From: Parasitella parasitica NRRL 2501
Lineage: Eukaryota; Fungi; Mucoromycota
NCBI GenBank assembly: GCA_025201805.1
Contig: MU619296.1
Span: 116,815 to 180,814, forward strand
Direction: 5' to 3'
DNA: 64,000 nt
The notes below the pieces were generated by a model that was not told where the DNA came from, made no database searches, and worked only from the letters and a program-made list of their open reading frames with translations. The first letter of the stretch is position 1. Every line of letters begins with the position of its first letter. The position numbers and the translations under genes are program-made. Positions 23,743 to 36,122 of the stretch are shown piece after piece.

Positions 23743-26700
23743 CCTTTTTTTTCCTTCTGTATTAACTCCTATGCTATGTTATGATTTATGCTATACCTTC
23801 TGTAAATAAACGTTATTTATTGATCTCTAGATGACTTCAGGAATATACAATAGCCATTGTTTACTTGTATTCCGTATATTTATCAATGTCCCATGATATA
23901 ATTCTCGGATCATGCGCTGTATTTATATGTACATTTGTAAACACAACCAAAAGATAAGCTCAAAAGTTTCCCAAATTTATTTGCAGGAAGCTTATATTTC
24001 ATCTCAAAACTTCTCTATCTCCAGTTATCAGCCGTCTGAGATGCATTAATGCGAATTGCCGGTTAGCACATGAGAATTAGCGGTACCAATGCCATCTAGA
24101 ACGTGTTAATACATGCTCATACACTAAAATGCCGTTTTTATTAGTAAATAATAAGACTTGGATAGTTGTGAGTGACACTTTCTCTGGATGAGTCTTATTC
24201 ATCAAGCGGTAATAACCGTTAAATGACGAAATCGATGTGGTTACCATTACCTTCATTAAACAGAGACCAAGGGGTAACTATATACTGTAGGTCGCATTTG
24301 GATAATTGCGATAATTTTTTGGTTATCCTGTTGTTGCTTCAAGTGATGTCTATCTTAAAAAAGTCACGTCTTGTCGCCGTTGAGCATGTATGCCACCAAG
24401 TACTCGAGCCTTAGGATTGAGGATGTGCTTATATGTCCTTAAAGGTTTCTGGGGACATCCAGGATACAGTTGGTTAGTTCGAAAAATTCATTGATGAGGA
24501 ACACATCAAGATCATGTTTTTGAGAAAAAAGTGACACCCAACGCCACGAATTGACTCATGATATCTTGCTATGAAGGCCGACCAATTCCCATGATGCATA
24601 TAGCCTCAGTAGCTTCTCACTCAATCTTATCAACTCTTGATTTACGTTCAGATTGGTCAACTTAAACCCAAACCTATCATCCTCTATGCAGAAACTAACG
24701 ATTAATCATTTGCAGATGTTTAATGATAAATAGCAATCTTATACAATTGCGTCTGCTTGTGAACGAGTTATGCTGCACTGTGTAAATTGTTGCTGCATTT
24801 TGCTGTGGTAGCAACTTAGAGTCTTGCAAAGAAATCTGTTAAGAAGATAGCCTTTTGCTACAAGGTAATCATGGTATGTAAGGATGGCTCACCAGATATT
24901 ACTCTTTTAATTGACTTAAATTAAACATTTATGTAATTTATGTATCTTGATTTAAGGAATCGCGAAGGCGTGACATGATATTTTAGTCGAGTTTGCAAGC
25001 TGCTAATATCTTTTGGTTAAAACAGAGTGCATGCAATAGCCATACGAATAAATACTTTACTACAGAAGTAGTCTTCGACAAGATGTAAGCACCCATGTTG
25101 ATATGGATAGTTTAGCGAAGCCCAAGAAAGTAACGACAATGCGGGTAGATATGTGAGTATGGCAAGTGCATGTCTCAATGCCTGAAACATCAGTTTGCAA
25201 ATTTACGACAAAGTTTTTTGTTCTAACTTTCAAACAGCATTCACTAAATAGTGTGCAGGAAAATGACTAGGGAGAAGCTATAACAGTTAGTATTACTACT
25301 CAAACTACCTGCTTTGCTCAAGGTTTTGCTCATGTGTCACACTAAGTCGGTAGTACGTAAGTAATCCCAATTTCGACAGGAAATAACATCCAAACAAAAT
25401 ATCATGCATGGTACGGGAAGATGAATTGATTTTAGCCTGAAAACCAATAATAGATTTGCTTAAGAATTACACCTTATATGGGTATATCCATAACATTTAT
25501 TCGAGAAGAAGTGAGATTTTTTGGCAGATTTATTTAACATTGACTTTTGAGATAATTTTAGCGTACGTTTAATAATAATTTGATTAATTGTCACTACCAG
25601 GTGTATTAACAATATGCATCTAATACTTGGTTTTTTATAGAGCCTTAAGCACTGTTGTGCTTCCAAATCCTTCGCGATATACCCTATTTACGCGCTATTT
25701 CTTCATTAATAAAGCCAAATAATTGGTATATTAACGCAAAAAAAAAACTCTAAACATTACTAAGTTTGACGGTATGATTGTCATATATTTTACTCGAGGC
25801 GCAGAGATAACGCAATTGCACGCCCCTGAGCGGAGCTGACCTGTCAAATGTTTTTATCAAGACAATCTCGGTATTTTGCGGAAACTTAGCGCCAGAAGCA
25901 AAGTCTTGTTAGTAAAAACTTTAAGATAAAGCTGTTAATATGTGCAAATTGTGAACATAAAATATTTTCGAAAAACTTGGCTTTTTTACAAAATACAATG
26001 GATTCTTCAATTTTTACACTCATTTGACATAACACCACATCTTTTCTCAATACATATTTCAAATACGTTATACAGGCGACCTCCTTTTGACAGGAATTCA
26101 GTTTATACACGAACTGAGCAGATAATCGTCTGATACAGGACAATCAATGTTTCATGTTTACTTAAGAAGATGTCATATTTTCAGCTCAAGCTCAATACGA
26201 CTCTCTCTTCATGAAACTCCTTGGTATCATAATGGCTGGAAATATCTCTTGCTGACATTTCAAATATGTTCAACAGGCACATTTTTATAGGAATAGATTA
26301 CTCGATTCAAGTCAGACTGACTCCAGTTAAGTCAAAATCTTCTAGCTATCACTATTTTTAGACAGTAGCAATCATTGATAGCATTTAACCATCATTTAAT
26401 TCAAAAATATTATAAAATCTGATTATAAAATTCGAGTTAAAATATCGTAATGTGTTGACTTACAAAGTTTAAGGTTTATGTGAAACAAACACATGCACTT
26501 TTTCACAAAAATAAATTAGTAGAACGAGATTTTTATTATTGATTAGAGTACAAAATAAAAGGTGGAAAGGTTAAATATAAAGAAAGTAGACGATTATATG
26601 AAAATATAAAATGTATAAATGTAAAATATTAAAAGAAAAAATTGTACTTTCAAGAAAAACAATACAAATCTAGTTTTTTTTTTCTGGTTTTGGATGAATT

Positions 26701-26786
26701 GTTTCAAAAGGAGCTTACAAATTATTGTGAATGGTAGATGCTGAAAGTAAAATAATGATAATATAACGCGAAATCGCCTCTTTCAT

Positions 26787-27958
26787 CTACATACAGAAGC
26801 ACTTAGATTCCTTCTTTTCCTCCTTCTTGGCTACATTGGGTTTGGGAGTTGTGGGTACAGTGGTAGAATTTTTGTCTTCTGCAACATCAGGTTTTTCATT
26901 AACTTTAGGTTTAGACTCGGAATTGGGCACTTCCTTAGCGGGAACAGGTTCTATATCTTTTGCTGCAGCGGAAGGAGTTTCGTGGCTGATAGGGTTAGCT
27001 TCAGAAGCTGGAGCGGTATCGAGCGAAGTTGTAGTGGCATCAATAGTAGGGGCAGCAGCAGTAGCAGGAACAACTTCCTCAATCACGTTGACCTTTTTGT
27101 TGTCATCAGCAAAGCCCAAACCACGATGGAAAATATTCAAGAGCTTGGCAAAGTTTTCGCCCTGAGTACTAGCAATCTCGAGTTCTTTCGTAGTAGGTTC
27201 ACGTGATCCATCACCATTAGCTACAAACAGAAAATGTTAATAACCAAATCAAATGATCGATTGCAAAAACTTACCAATAGTACCAGCGCCATAAGGAGAT
27301 CCTCCGATAACTTCAGTGTTATCAAATAGATTACTATTAGCAAAACCCAAAGGAACATAATTGAGTCCATGATGAGCGAAATAAGTCAACAATGTGTAAG
27401 CGGTAGTTTCTTGACCACCGTGTTGAGAGGCAGTAGAAAAGAAGGTGCCAACGAACTTGCCAGATAATGCACCAGTAGCCCAGAGAGCACCAGTGGCATC
27501 CAAGAAAGATTTCATCTGCGCAGGTAAAGTGCCAAAACGAGTAGGTACACCTAAACAAATATTATACATGTCAATCTTTAACCTGTTTCGCGCGGATGGA
27601 GAAGGCGCGTGCGCACGTTGTATACAAGCACAAAATGACACACGATCGCCCATAACCCAGTATATATTTACCAAACAAAAATGCATCAGCTTTAGTAAGA
27701 GCATCAACAGTGATAATGGGAATATCAGGCTTGGGAGGCGCATGCAATTTCTCAAGGATTTCATCGGATAAAGTTTCTGGGACCTAACGCAACAATACAT
27801 TGATCAACTAAATGTTCAGTTTGCAAAATGTCAACTGTTTGTTTTACCTGAAATAACTCGACAGTGACGCCTTGGGATTCGAGACCTTTTTGGACATCCT
27901 TGGCTACTTTGTAGATGTGATGGTAGAGAGAGTAAATGATAATGTAAACGGTAGGCAT
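26787..27958 (-). CDS. Flavodoxin-like NAD(P)H:quinone oxidoreductase (WrbA family), Ycp4-like with C-terminal extension and CaaX; three introns
   Basis: IIYSLYHH, GVPTRFG, STASQHGGQETT, GGSPYGAGT; Pro/Ala/Glu/Lys-rich tail ending KKESKCFCM*. Confidence 0.92.
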
Positions 27959-28568
27959 TTCCTGGGTTTTTTTTTCGAATTAGAATGAAAGAAGAAAGAA
28001 GAAAAAAAGAAAGAAAAATGTGTCGAAATCTGTCTTTTTTCTATTATGATGTTTTTATTTTCAAGTACAGAGGTTGAACAATGACTGGATTATTAATGAT
28101 GGAGCACTGCCATTACAACTCATACACATACAATCTGCATCAAGATTGAAAATAAGCAGAAACCAAGGGAATGAGGAATCATTATTCCATATAACTTGGA
28201 ACAACATTAGTTTATCGTCTTATCCTTCGAATACATTGTGTGCATAGAAGATGCCATAAATATACACTTTTAAAGGTAGCTCAAACAACATGTTTATGTG
28301 ACAAATACAGCTGCAAACTCTAAATGTAAGCAATGACTAACAACTTAATAATGCAAAGCAGTCGCATTATTAATGTACAAGTACAGGATGAATTTCAAAG
28401 CATGACAAACTGATCGCTAATCAAAACAATCAAACTCCCTGAAAATATGGTGTGCATGTTATTCCCTACTTCCCAGAGGTCTGCCACATTTTTCCACTAT
28501 AAATATCAGCAACACGACTTATTCTTTTCTTTCAATTTCTTTCATTACCGAAATCTCAATTATAAAAG

Positions 28569-29183
28569 ATGGCTGCCAAGGTTTATATTATCATCTACTC
28601 TCTCTATCACCACATTTACACTCTTGCTCAAGAAGTCCAAAAGGGTCTTGAGGCCTCTGGTGTTGATGCTAAGATCTATCAAGTCCCAGAGACTCTCTCT
28701 GATGAAATTTTGACCAAGATGCATGCTCCTGCTAAGCCCGATGTTCCCGTCATCACTGTTCAAGATTTGAGTGAAGCTGATGGTTTCTTGTTCGGTATCC
28801 CTACTCGTTTCGGTACTATGCCTGCTCAAATCAAGGCTTTCTTGGATTCTACTGGTGGTCTTTGGGCCTCTGGTGCTCTTGCTGGCAAGTTTGCTGGTAC
28901 TTTCTTCTCTACCGCCTCTCAGCATGGTGGTCAAGAAACCACTGCTTTCACTACCGTCACCTACTTTGCTCACCACGGTATGGTCTATGTTCCTCTTGGT
29001 TTCAGCCATCCTCACCTCTTCGACAACACTGAAGTGATTGGTGGTTCTCCTTACGGTGCTGGTACCGTTGCCAATGGTGACGGCAGCCGTCAAGTCTCTA
29101 AAAAGGAAATAGAAATTGCTCTTACTCAAGGTGAGAATTTTGGTAAGATCATCAGCACCTATGTCAAGGGAAAGACCGCTTAA
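28569..29183 (+). CDS. Flavodoxin-like NAD(P)H:quinone oxidoreductase (WrbA/Pst2-like); intronless
   Basis: 204-aa ORF with IIYSLYHH, GIPTRFG, GGQETT, GGSPYGAG; strong codon bias; TATAAAT at about 28498. Confidence 0.95.
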   Translation: MAAKVYIIIYSLYHHIYTLAQEVQKGLEASGVDAKIYQVPETLSDEILTKMHAPAKPDVPVITVQDLSEADGFLFGIPTRFGTMPAQIKAFLDSTGGLWASGALAGKFAGTFFSTASQHGGQETTAFTTVTYFAHHGMVYVPLGFSHPHLFDNTEVIGGSPYGAGTVANGDGSRQVSKKEIEIALTQGENFGKIISTYVKGKTA

Positions 29184-32100
29184 ATCACACCATCATCTTA
29201 TATCATTTAATTAACTTAACGGATCAAATCAATAAAAACCGTGTATCATATTATAACAAGGATAGGGTGGGATGTTGAGTTGGTTTTGGTTTCACGGGAA
29301 TTCCGGATTGGGGCTTTGTGAGCAAGATTAAGCCTATTATTGAATCGTAGCCAATGAAACAATTGACAGAGTGTAAACGCGATATGTGTTCCGACTTTTG
29401 TATAGAAATTCAATTACGGGAGAGGGTAAATTCTATTAAAGAATTTGAGAGTTTCATGTAATGAACGGTACATCTTATTAAGACATTGAGCTCTCTTTGC
29501 CTTTAAGTCGCTAAGACGTGATCTTTGTTTGAAACCTTGTAAGCTTTTAAAATAACAAAACTAGCGACTACGTTGCACCATCCTAAACTCGATATTCGAA
29601 GGTAAAGCTTATTAAGATTATAAACCGTAATAAAATCAATATATAGACGCCTACAATCTATAAATAAAATAATGGTATGTTTGAATCCATGGTTTACTAG
29701 GGGTGTGTTGAATTCGACGTCTTGAAAATTTATGCGTTTTCACGGCTTTCGCTTAATTTCACTACTGTACATATTGTACAGCCAGGCGAATGTTATTGTG
29801 GATAATGCAAAAAGTAATACCTGTGGTTGATTCATCATTTCATCAGTCGAAATGTTGAAAGTTATTTTAGAAAACCAATAGGACATTTCTCTATGCACAT
29901 AAGTTTTGGATTACGTTTCTGCACGATTGATTTATTCAGACACTTGTAATATCCAGCAGCTATAGAAATAGCTAAATTGGTGTCAAACTGCATATCTGAA
30001 CGCTTTTAAATTTTTCAGTCGTTCTCTACCATTTTCGTAGTTATTATATGGTAGATACTTTGAATATATTTGATATATAAGTATCTTTCATAGGAGTGAT
30101 AGCATTTGTAATTGTTAGTAGAAATTTTGACACATTAAAACGAGAAATATAAACTTGCAAAGAAAACAAATTATTTGTGTTAGTCATGACTGTAGCTTTT
30201 TATTAACTTTTCACCAAATGTATTTTCTTAAGATTGTTTGGCATGAATCATATTCAGTAACTATATACTATATATGTCAAAAGATGCATGTTTATTGTAT
30301 TTTGCTTCAAAGTTCATCAATCAAGTTAGCCACATGTTTATTTTATTTATTCTTCGCCATTTTCATTATTTCCTTTCGAAACGCAACGATAAATTATGAT
30401 CAATATGTTTGTCTTATGCATCTACAGACATTGATTTGATTCATGAAGGAAGTTGTTAATTGGCACACTAAGGAATAAAAACGTGTTTAGGCTATTCATG
30501 AAATAGGCCAATAATAATGATTTGATGCAGTATAATTCCCCATATAATAATTGTTTCAATTGCATTGTCCCTTAGCTGTAAGCAATACTCTGCAATCCAT
30601 GTTATTTATAACTTAGGATATGTAAACATTGCATTTTTTGATATATGGTGTACACTATTTAATCAATTATTGGTAATATACTTAAATCGAGTTGTTTGTA
30701 GAAGATTATATATGTGCAAATGAAACTTTTACCATTCAAACTTTCCTGGATTCCCTGACTGGATGTCCTCTCTTTTTCATTTTAGCCTCATGAGCTATTG
30801 GAATATTGTTTTCTCTGACTGTAATCACGACTCATGAATTACATTACCAGCTTCGTATCATCAAAATTTCCTAATGCAAAAACGCCAAATGCAAGTAGTC
30901 AATTCATAGCCTTAAGCATATCCATCTTCAGATACAATCTCGTGATTGGTCAATTTCCTGAATACTCTATTATCCAACTTTCTTAGGATCTATTGATGTG
31001 TTGCCCATAATGAGCATTATATCGCCGAAACTTGGATAGATACATCTATAAACCAGTTAATTCGATAGTTATTATATTAATTCTATTACAATGAATCTGT
31101 ACACTCAACTGATAAGAGCCAAATATATATATAAGAGCATGATTTCTTGCCATCATAAAAATTATTCAACTAAAATCTAAATCAAGAATGAACTTTTCAA
31201 TACTTCCACCAATTGTTATATTTATATGGCTGTTTATAATTCAGGTCGACGCTTTTTGTGTTTACAACAAAGTAGAGCAACCCCCAGGCACGCCTGAAAC
31301 TACATTTCAGTTGAGACAAGAGCCTTTGCATGCAGGATTCAACTATTTCGCGTATGTAGTATGCTAAAAACCAGTTTATCAAAAAAAAAAAAAACTAACA
31401 ATATACCATTAATAGTCGTTTTTTCAGAAAGAAATTGGAATTCGGTGGAAAGGCATGCTGCCCGTTCGCTAGTGGAGATTGTGTCAAATCAAAAACTAGC
31501 AATGAAATACTCTACATGGCTGTATGTTAATAACAAAGATTCGCACGATTGCACAGATATATCTAACGCTGTATGATAGGTAACAAGAACCACAGGAATT
31601 CTTGAATATGGTACTGTTCGTATAAGTTTTCCAGCTGGAGGTTGGATCGAATTTCATGGCGATGAAAAACCCGAAAATTATGAAATTAAAGTATTCAATG
31701 CAAACGGTTCTCCGTTTAAGTATGAATGGAAACATAACTTTATGGCAGGAACTCAATGATATTATAATCTACTTTACACCTTACAAAAATCATAGAAAAG
31801 GAATGGAAGTTTATTTAAATCAATAAAGAAATTTTGGGTAAAATCCTGGTGCACCTAATATGTGTCAAATTGTTGTTTTTATTACTATCATAAATGCAAT
31901 TTCTTTTTCTTTTACATTGCTTTTTTTATCTCTACATCTGTTCATTAACACATTAGTCAGGTCATTTTATAAGAACTCAGCATTAAGTATCGTTATTTCC
32001 AAACTTAGTTACTTTTATGAAGCCAAGTGCTACTCTAAAACTCTTTGGCAAACATTTACTTGCACAAAAATCCACCTTTATTATCTATTCACCCTAATTT

Positions 32101-32628
32101 GCCAATAAATTTTGTTTGAATTATTTTATCTTATTCTTTACTTGACAAGTTGTACAACTATTAGCCTGGTGGTCACTACAACATAGAAACTTTTTTTTCT
32201 GGAAACGCATTCTCTATTTACACATTGTTTATTTTACTACACTACGGTCGTACTATTTTCGTTCATTGGACACTCATGTCAATCTCAGTTAGTACTCTCA
32301 ATAGTCAACATAGATCTCTGATATGAATAGCAAATCACTTGTAAAATTAATAAAAATCATGATCCATTAACTGATATATAATTTATCTTATTGAAGTTAA
32401 TAATATCACGACATCTTGTGCAGAGATGTGTTAGTTTTGTGTTATGTTTAAATAAGTGTATATAAGTATAAAGTAAGAGATAAAAGAAAGATGATGTTCA
32501 TTCTTTTGTGTTTCAATTGATATTTATAATAACTAAAAGTGTTGACACACAGACTTTGTGTGTACCTCACAACGACAAGAACAATAACCAGAAACGTTTC
32601 ACAATTTGTGTATGCAAAAAAAAAAAAT

Positions 32629-32702
32629 CGCTCCCGGGTGGGCTTGAACCACCAACCTCCTGATTAACAGTCAGACGCGCTAGCCAATTGCGCCACGGAA
32701 GC
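32629..32702 (-). tRNA. tRNA-Asn (GTT)
   Basis: Reverse complement GCTTCCGTGGCGCAATTGGCTAGCGCGTCTGACTGTTAATCAGGAGGTTGGTGGTTCAAGCCCACCCGGGAGCG folds as a cloverleaf with anticodon GTT and T-loop GTTCAAG, followed by an oligo-T Pol III terminator. Confidence 0.97.
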
Positions 32703-33314
32703 TTATTTTTTTGTCAAATGTAGAATTTAATAATAGGTAACCAGCAAGTATAATATGGAGGAACAACACGTGATATACACCATGCAATGTTTGGGCAAAT
32801 GTTAGATAAGAGAGAATATAATAGGTTTTGATTAACAGAATAAAGATGATGTTTATTTAATAAATTTTATGTTATATTTATACTAATGGTAAACTATTTC
32901 CAGAAGTTACCATGGTTTTGTATTTGTCTATCTTGGTTTCTAGAAATTGCTATCTATTTATATATAATATAAGTAAGCTTATGTTTCTTGAACTTTCTGG
33001 AAAGAGGTACTCTTGGCTTGAACTTAAGTTTGCCCGGCTTGGCCATTGCTACCTCCGGAATACCTGTCGAACCAGTGCTGACATTTTCGTAACAGATATA
33101 AATTATTTTTCATGGTGCTAATTGATTATCCGCACGTGATCAGAGTCTGAGCCAATTGAAGCTACGTTCCTGAACCTGATGTTGAATTCTGGGAACGTCT
33201 CATCTTAGATATATATATTATACTTATCTGACCCCATTAAGCCGAGGACATGCCCGAGGACTCCTGCTTAAAAGTGTCCCGATGACAATAAATAACTCCT
33301 ACAAATAAGGCTAT

Positions 33315-33849
33315 TGTCATGAACCATGTTCAAGTATCCCAAGTATCTCAAGTATCTCCCAAGTATCTCAAGTATCTCCCAAATATTTCAAGTATCTCCC
33401 AACTATCTCAAGTATCTCCCAAATATTTCAAGTATCTCTCAAGTATCTCTCAAGTATCTCAGTAACTCACGTCACCAAGTAACTCACGTCTTCAAGCAAC
33501 TCACGTCATCAAGTAACTCACGTCATCAAGTCTAGAACATCTGTAGTTTAGGTTCACCCGTAAACCTATTTACAGTATAGTCTGTCGGCACCTAACTCCG
33601 TGTCTCACCATGATAAGGATTAGTCATTGAGATTACTAATCCTTCCTCACGTAATAATGAATAAGCAACGTTTCCCATGCTAATGTCGCGGACATGATGT
33701 CCGCACTCATGTCTCCAAAAAGTATAAATAGTCCACGTTCTTCGTCTCTTTCCTTTTCCCAGTGTGGATTATCTTGTATTCTAAATAATAAAGATAATCA
33801 TCTCTTCTTACAAAACTATTTGATTATAACCGTCGCCAAGTTCCTGACA
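33315..33849 (+). mobile_element. Solo LTR (535 bp) with 5-bp target-site duplication
   Basis: TGTCA...TGACA inverted termini flanked on both sides by GCTAT; internal TATAAATA (about 33723) and AATAAA (about 33787). Confidence 0.85.
33331..33530. repeat. Two adjacent minisatellites inside the LTR: CAAGTATCT(CC) units (20-bp period), then four 17-bp AGTAACTCACGTCATCA units
   Basis: Directly visible: 33331-33460 and 33461-33530. Confidence 0.95.
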
Positions 33850-34249
33850 GCTATTTAATTGGCCATGATCCATCTTTACTGTCCTGAGTGTGTTTGTTGT
33901 GAGTGTTTGTTTAATTTTTGGCATTTTGTGATTCAAAGTATACATTTCANNNNNNNNNNNNNNNNNNNNNNNNNNNNNNNNNNNNNNNNNNNNNNNNNNN
34001 NNNNNNNNNNNNNNNNNNNNNNNNNNNNNNNNNNNNNNNNNNNNNNNNNNNNNNNNNNNNNNNNNNNNNNNNNNNNNNNNNNNNNNNNNNNNNNNNNNNN
34101 NNNNNNNNNNNNNNNNNNNNNNNNNNNNNNNNNNNNNNNNNNNNNNNNNNNNNNNNNNNNNNNNNNNNNNNNNNNNNNNNNNNNNNNNNNNNNNNNNNNN
34201 NNNNNNNNNNNNNNNNNNNNNNNNNNNNNNNNNNNNNNNNNNNNNNNNN

Positions 34250-34960
34250 ACAAGAATTTCTAGCTTTTTGTGATCGAAATTTTGGGTTAGAAGATCCCAC
34301 AAGGCATACTGTTACTGGATCCAAGGTTGCGTTTTACATCGAAAAAGAGGTATTAACAAAACTATAAGCATTTGTTCAATGTCTAATGGTTTTCTTTCAC
34401 CACAGCTTTCTCAACGCAAGAAATTAAGACTTAAGCATGGCGAAGATCCCAATGCAACTCTCAGTGCAAATACAATTGAGATCCATCTTGCAGCAATTGT
34501 CGATCTTTGGAGAGATCAACGAAACAAAGGCATAAATAGTTTCCCTCATCCTCGAATTGAATGTGAACAATTTATGGATACTCTCGCAAGAAAAGAGAAC
34601 AAGAAGAAGAGAGAAGAGTATCAAGACCGTGCAGCACTAACTGTTGGTGATGGATACACGACGGTCGAGGAGTTGACGGCTTTGATTGATCACTACATCG
34701 CTCAAAATAGCGAAGAAGGCTTGCGTAATGCCTTAATTTGTTTACTCTCACATTACATGTATCTTCGTGGAGCTTCTGCTCGTCAAGCTGAATTAGCGGA
34801 TCTTCAGTCGCTAAATTTTGCTGCTGAAGGGCCTACACCTTGCCCTGCCTTGCTGTTTCTAATGACTGATAGCAAATCAAACAAGCATGGAGCCATTCAG
34901 ATATCTGGATGTATGCGAAGCAAGTGCACTGAGATTTGTCCGCTCATGATGCTCTCTGTG
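34250..34960 (+). mobile_element. Truncated Crypton-type (tyrosine recombinase / Ndc10-like domain) element with one intron
   Basis: EFLAFCD...VTGSKVAFYIEKE, intron 34350-34405, then AAIVDLWRDQ...NSFPHPR...DRAALTVGDGYT...LLSHYMYLRGASAR..LADL...SKSN..G...MRSK..EICP. The 5' end lies in an N gap; homology ends before the HxxR/Tyr region. Confidence 0.8.
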
Positions 34961-35750
34961 AAATACATTCACCATGATGATCTGCATTCCACTTCTAGAT
35001 TCATCCAGTAATCTTAAATTGATATAAACTACAAATGCGCACAGATAATATGATGTGCAATACAGATTTATACTATATAAGATATAAGCTAGAGACGGCA
35101 CCATTAGGATGGAAGACGCTATAGACGGTAGATACTTATATCTCGACACGAGCCTTTCAATATCATATATTTGCTCGTAACTTGTGCTAAAATGACCGTA
35201 GAACCATGATCTAACTTGGAAAACTTAGCGTTGACTTGGCGCTATCTGGAAACAACATTGGCGGAGTTTCAAAATTTCAAACTCAGATTCAAACTCCGTG
35301 ATATTATTTTTGTCTCATTGTGCGATTAATGGATTATTTTTTACGCCTTATTGAATTTTTTAACATTTAAAGTCTTTCACCGGAATTTTGAATATTACTT
35401 TCTCTGTTTGGAGAGGTTTTATTTGAAATAAAAATACATGATAGTTTATTTCTTGCTTTGAGTCATAAACAGAGACGTGATCTATTGGCAAATGCTCGTG
35501 GGTTGTGTTCAGGATTGAGTTTGACTTTCGATTGGGAAATGAACACATCCGTCGTGGTGATTGATAGTAATGGCGGTGGCTTTTAATTTGTTAAAACGCT
35601 GCAGATGTCAGAGTAGTATTGTTTTATCCAAGTTGATGTATCAATTCTAAAACCGGATGTCAATATAATATAAACTCATCCTGAAGAGTAAAACATCAGA
35701 TCATAAAATAATATAACTTGTTGTGCCAGTGTCAAAGGGCGCAGCGTAAT

Positions 35751-36100
35751 TGATGTGTCAATTTCCCAACCGGAAGTCAAACTCAAGTAAACTCAATCCT
35801 GAACACAATTCAGGAACATATCCCAATGGATCATGTTCCTTATTTATAACTCAACATGACATGTTCATGGATAATAGATACGATCTATCGTTCCATTCTC
35901 TAAATCACACCATGTCTCACACTTGTATCTTATCCTCCCATCAGTCCACTTAGATTCACTAGTATATAAACCATCATTTTTTCCATGTAATAAACGAGAT
36001 CTTTACCTGATTAAAAAATGATTTATCAGAATGAGAAATCATCTTTACCTGATTAATTCACAACTGTTTTATTTGAATAATTTCTCATTCTGATAAATCA
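35751..36100 (+). mobile_element. Solo LTR (350 bp) with 5-bp TSD
   Basis: TGAT...ATCA termini flanked by GTAAT on both sides; TATATAAA (about 35963) and AATAAA (about 35989). Confidence 0.8.
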
Positions 36101-36122
36101 GTAATGTTATGTAAATAAGATT

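Noticed and set aside
28560-29129. 189-aa antisense ORF over the Pst2-like gene
   Set aside because: Expected by-product of strong codon bias on the sense strand.
31436-31455. GGAATTCGGTGGAA, resembling the RNase P RNA CR-I motif
   Set aside because: No convincing P4 partner (CR-V) or surrounding structure; the context is AT-rich.
33145-33200. CTGAG...TGAACCTGAT...GGGA, resembling a TPP riboswitch
   Set aside because: No P5 stem-loop or P2/P3 geometry, and no thiamine gene nearby.
33331-33530. Possible CRISPR-like array or repeat-protein ORF (33326-33535)
   Set aside because: Tandem units without unique spacers, inside a eukaryotic LTR; the ORF is a repeat artefact.
33542-33812. Nested TGTAG...TTACA LTR inside the 33315-33849 LTR
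   Set aside because: No target-site duplication; a single outer LTR explains the TATA and poly(A) positions.
33808-34324. ORFs crossing the N gap, and poly-K/poly-F ORFs elsewhere
   Set aside because: Artefacts of assembly gaps and homopolymer tracts.
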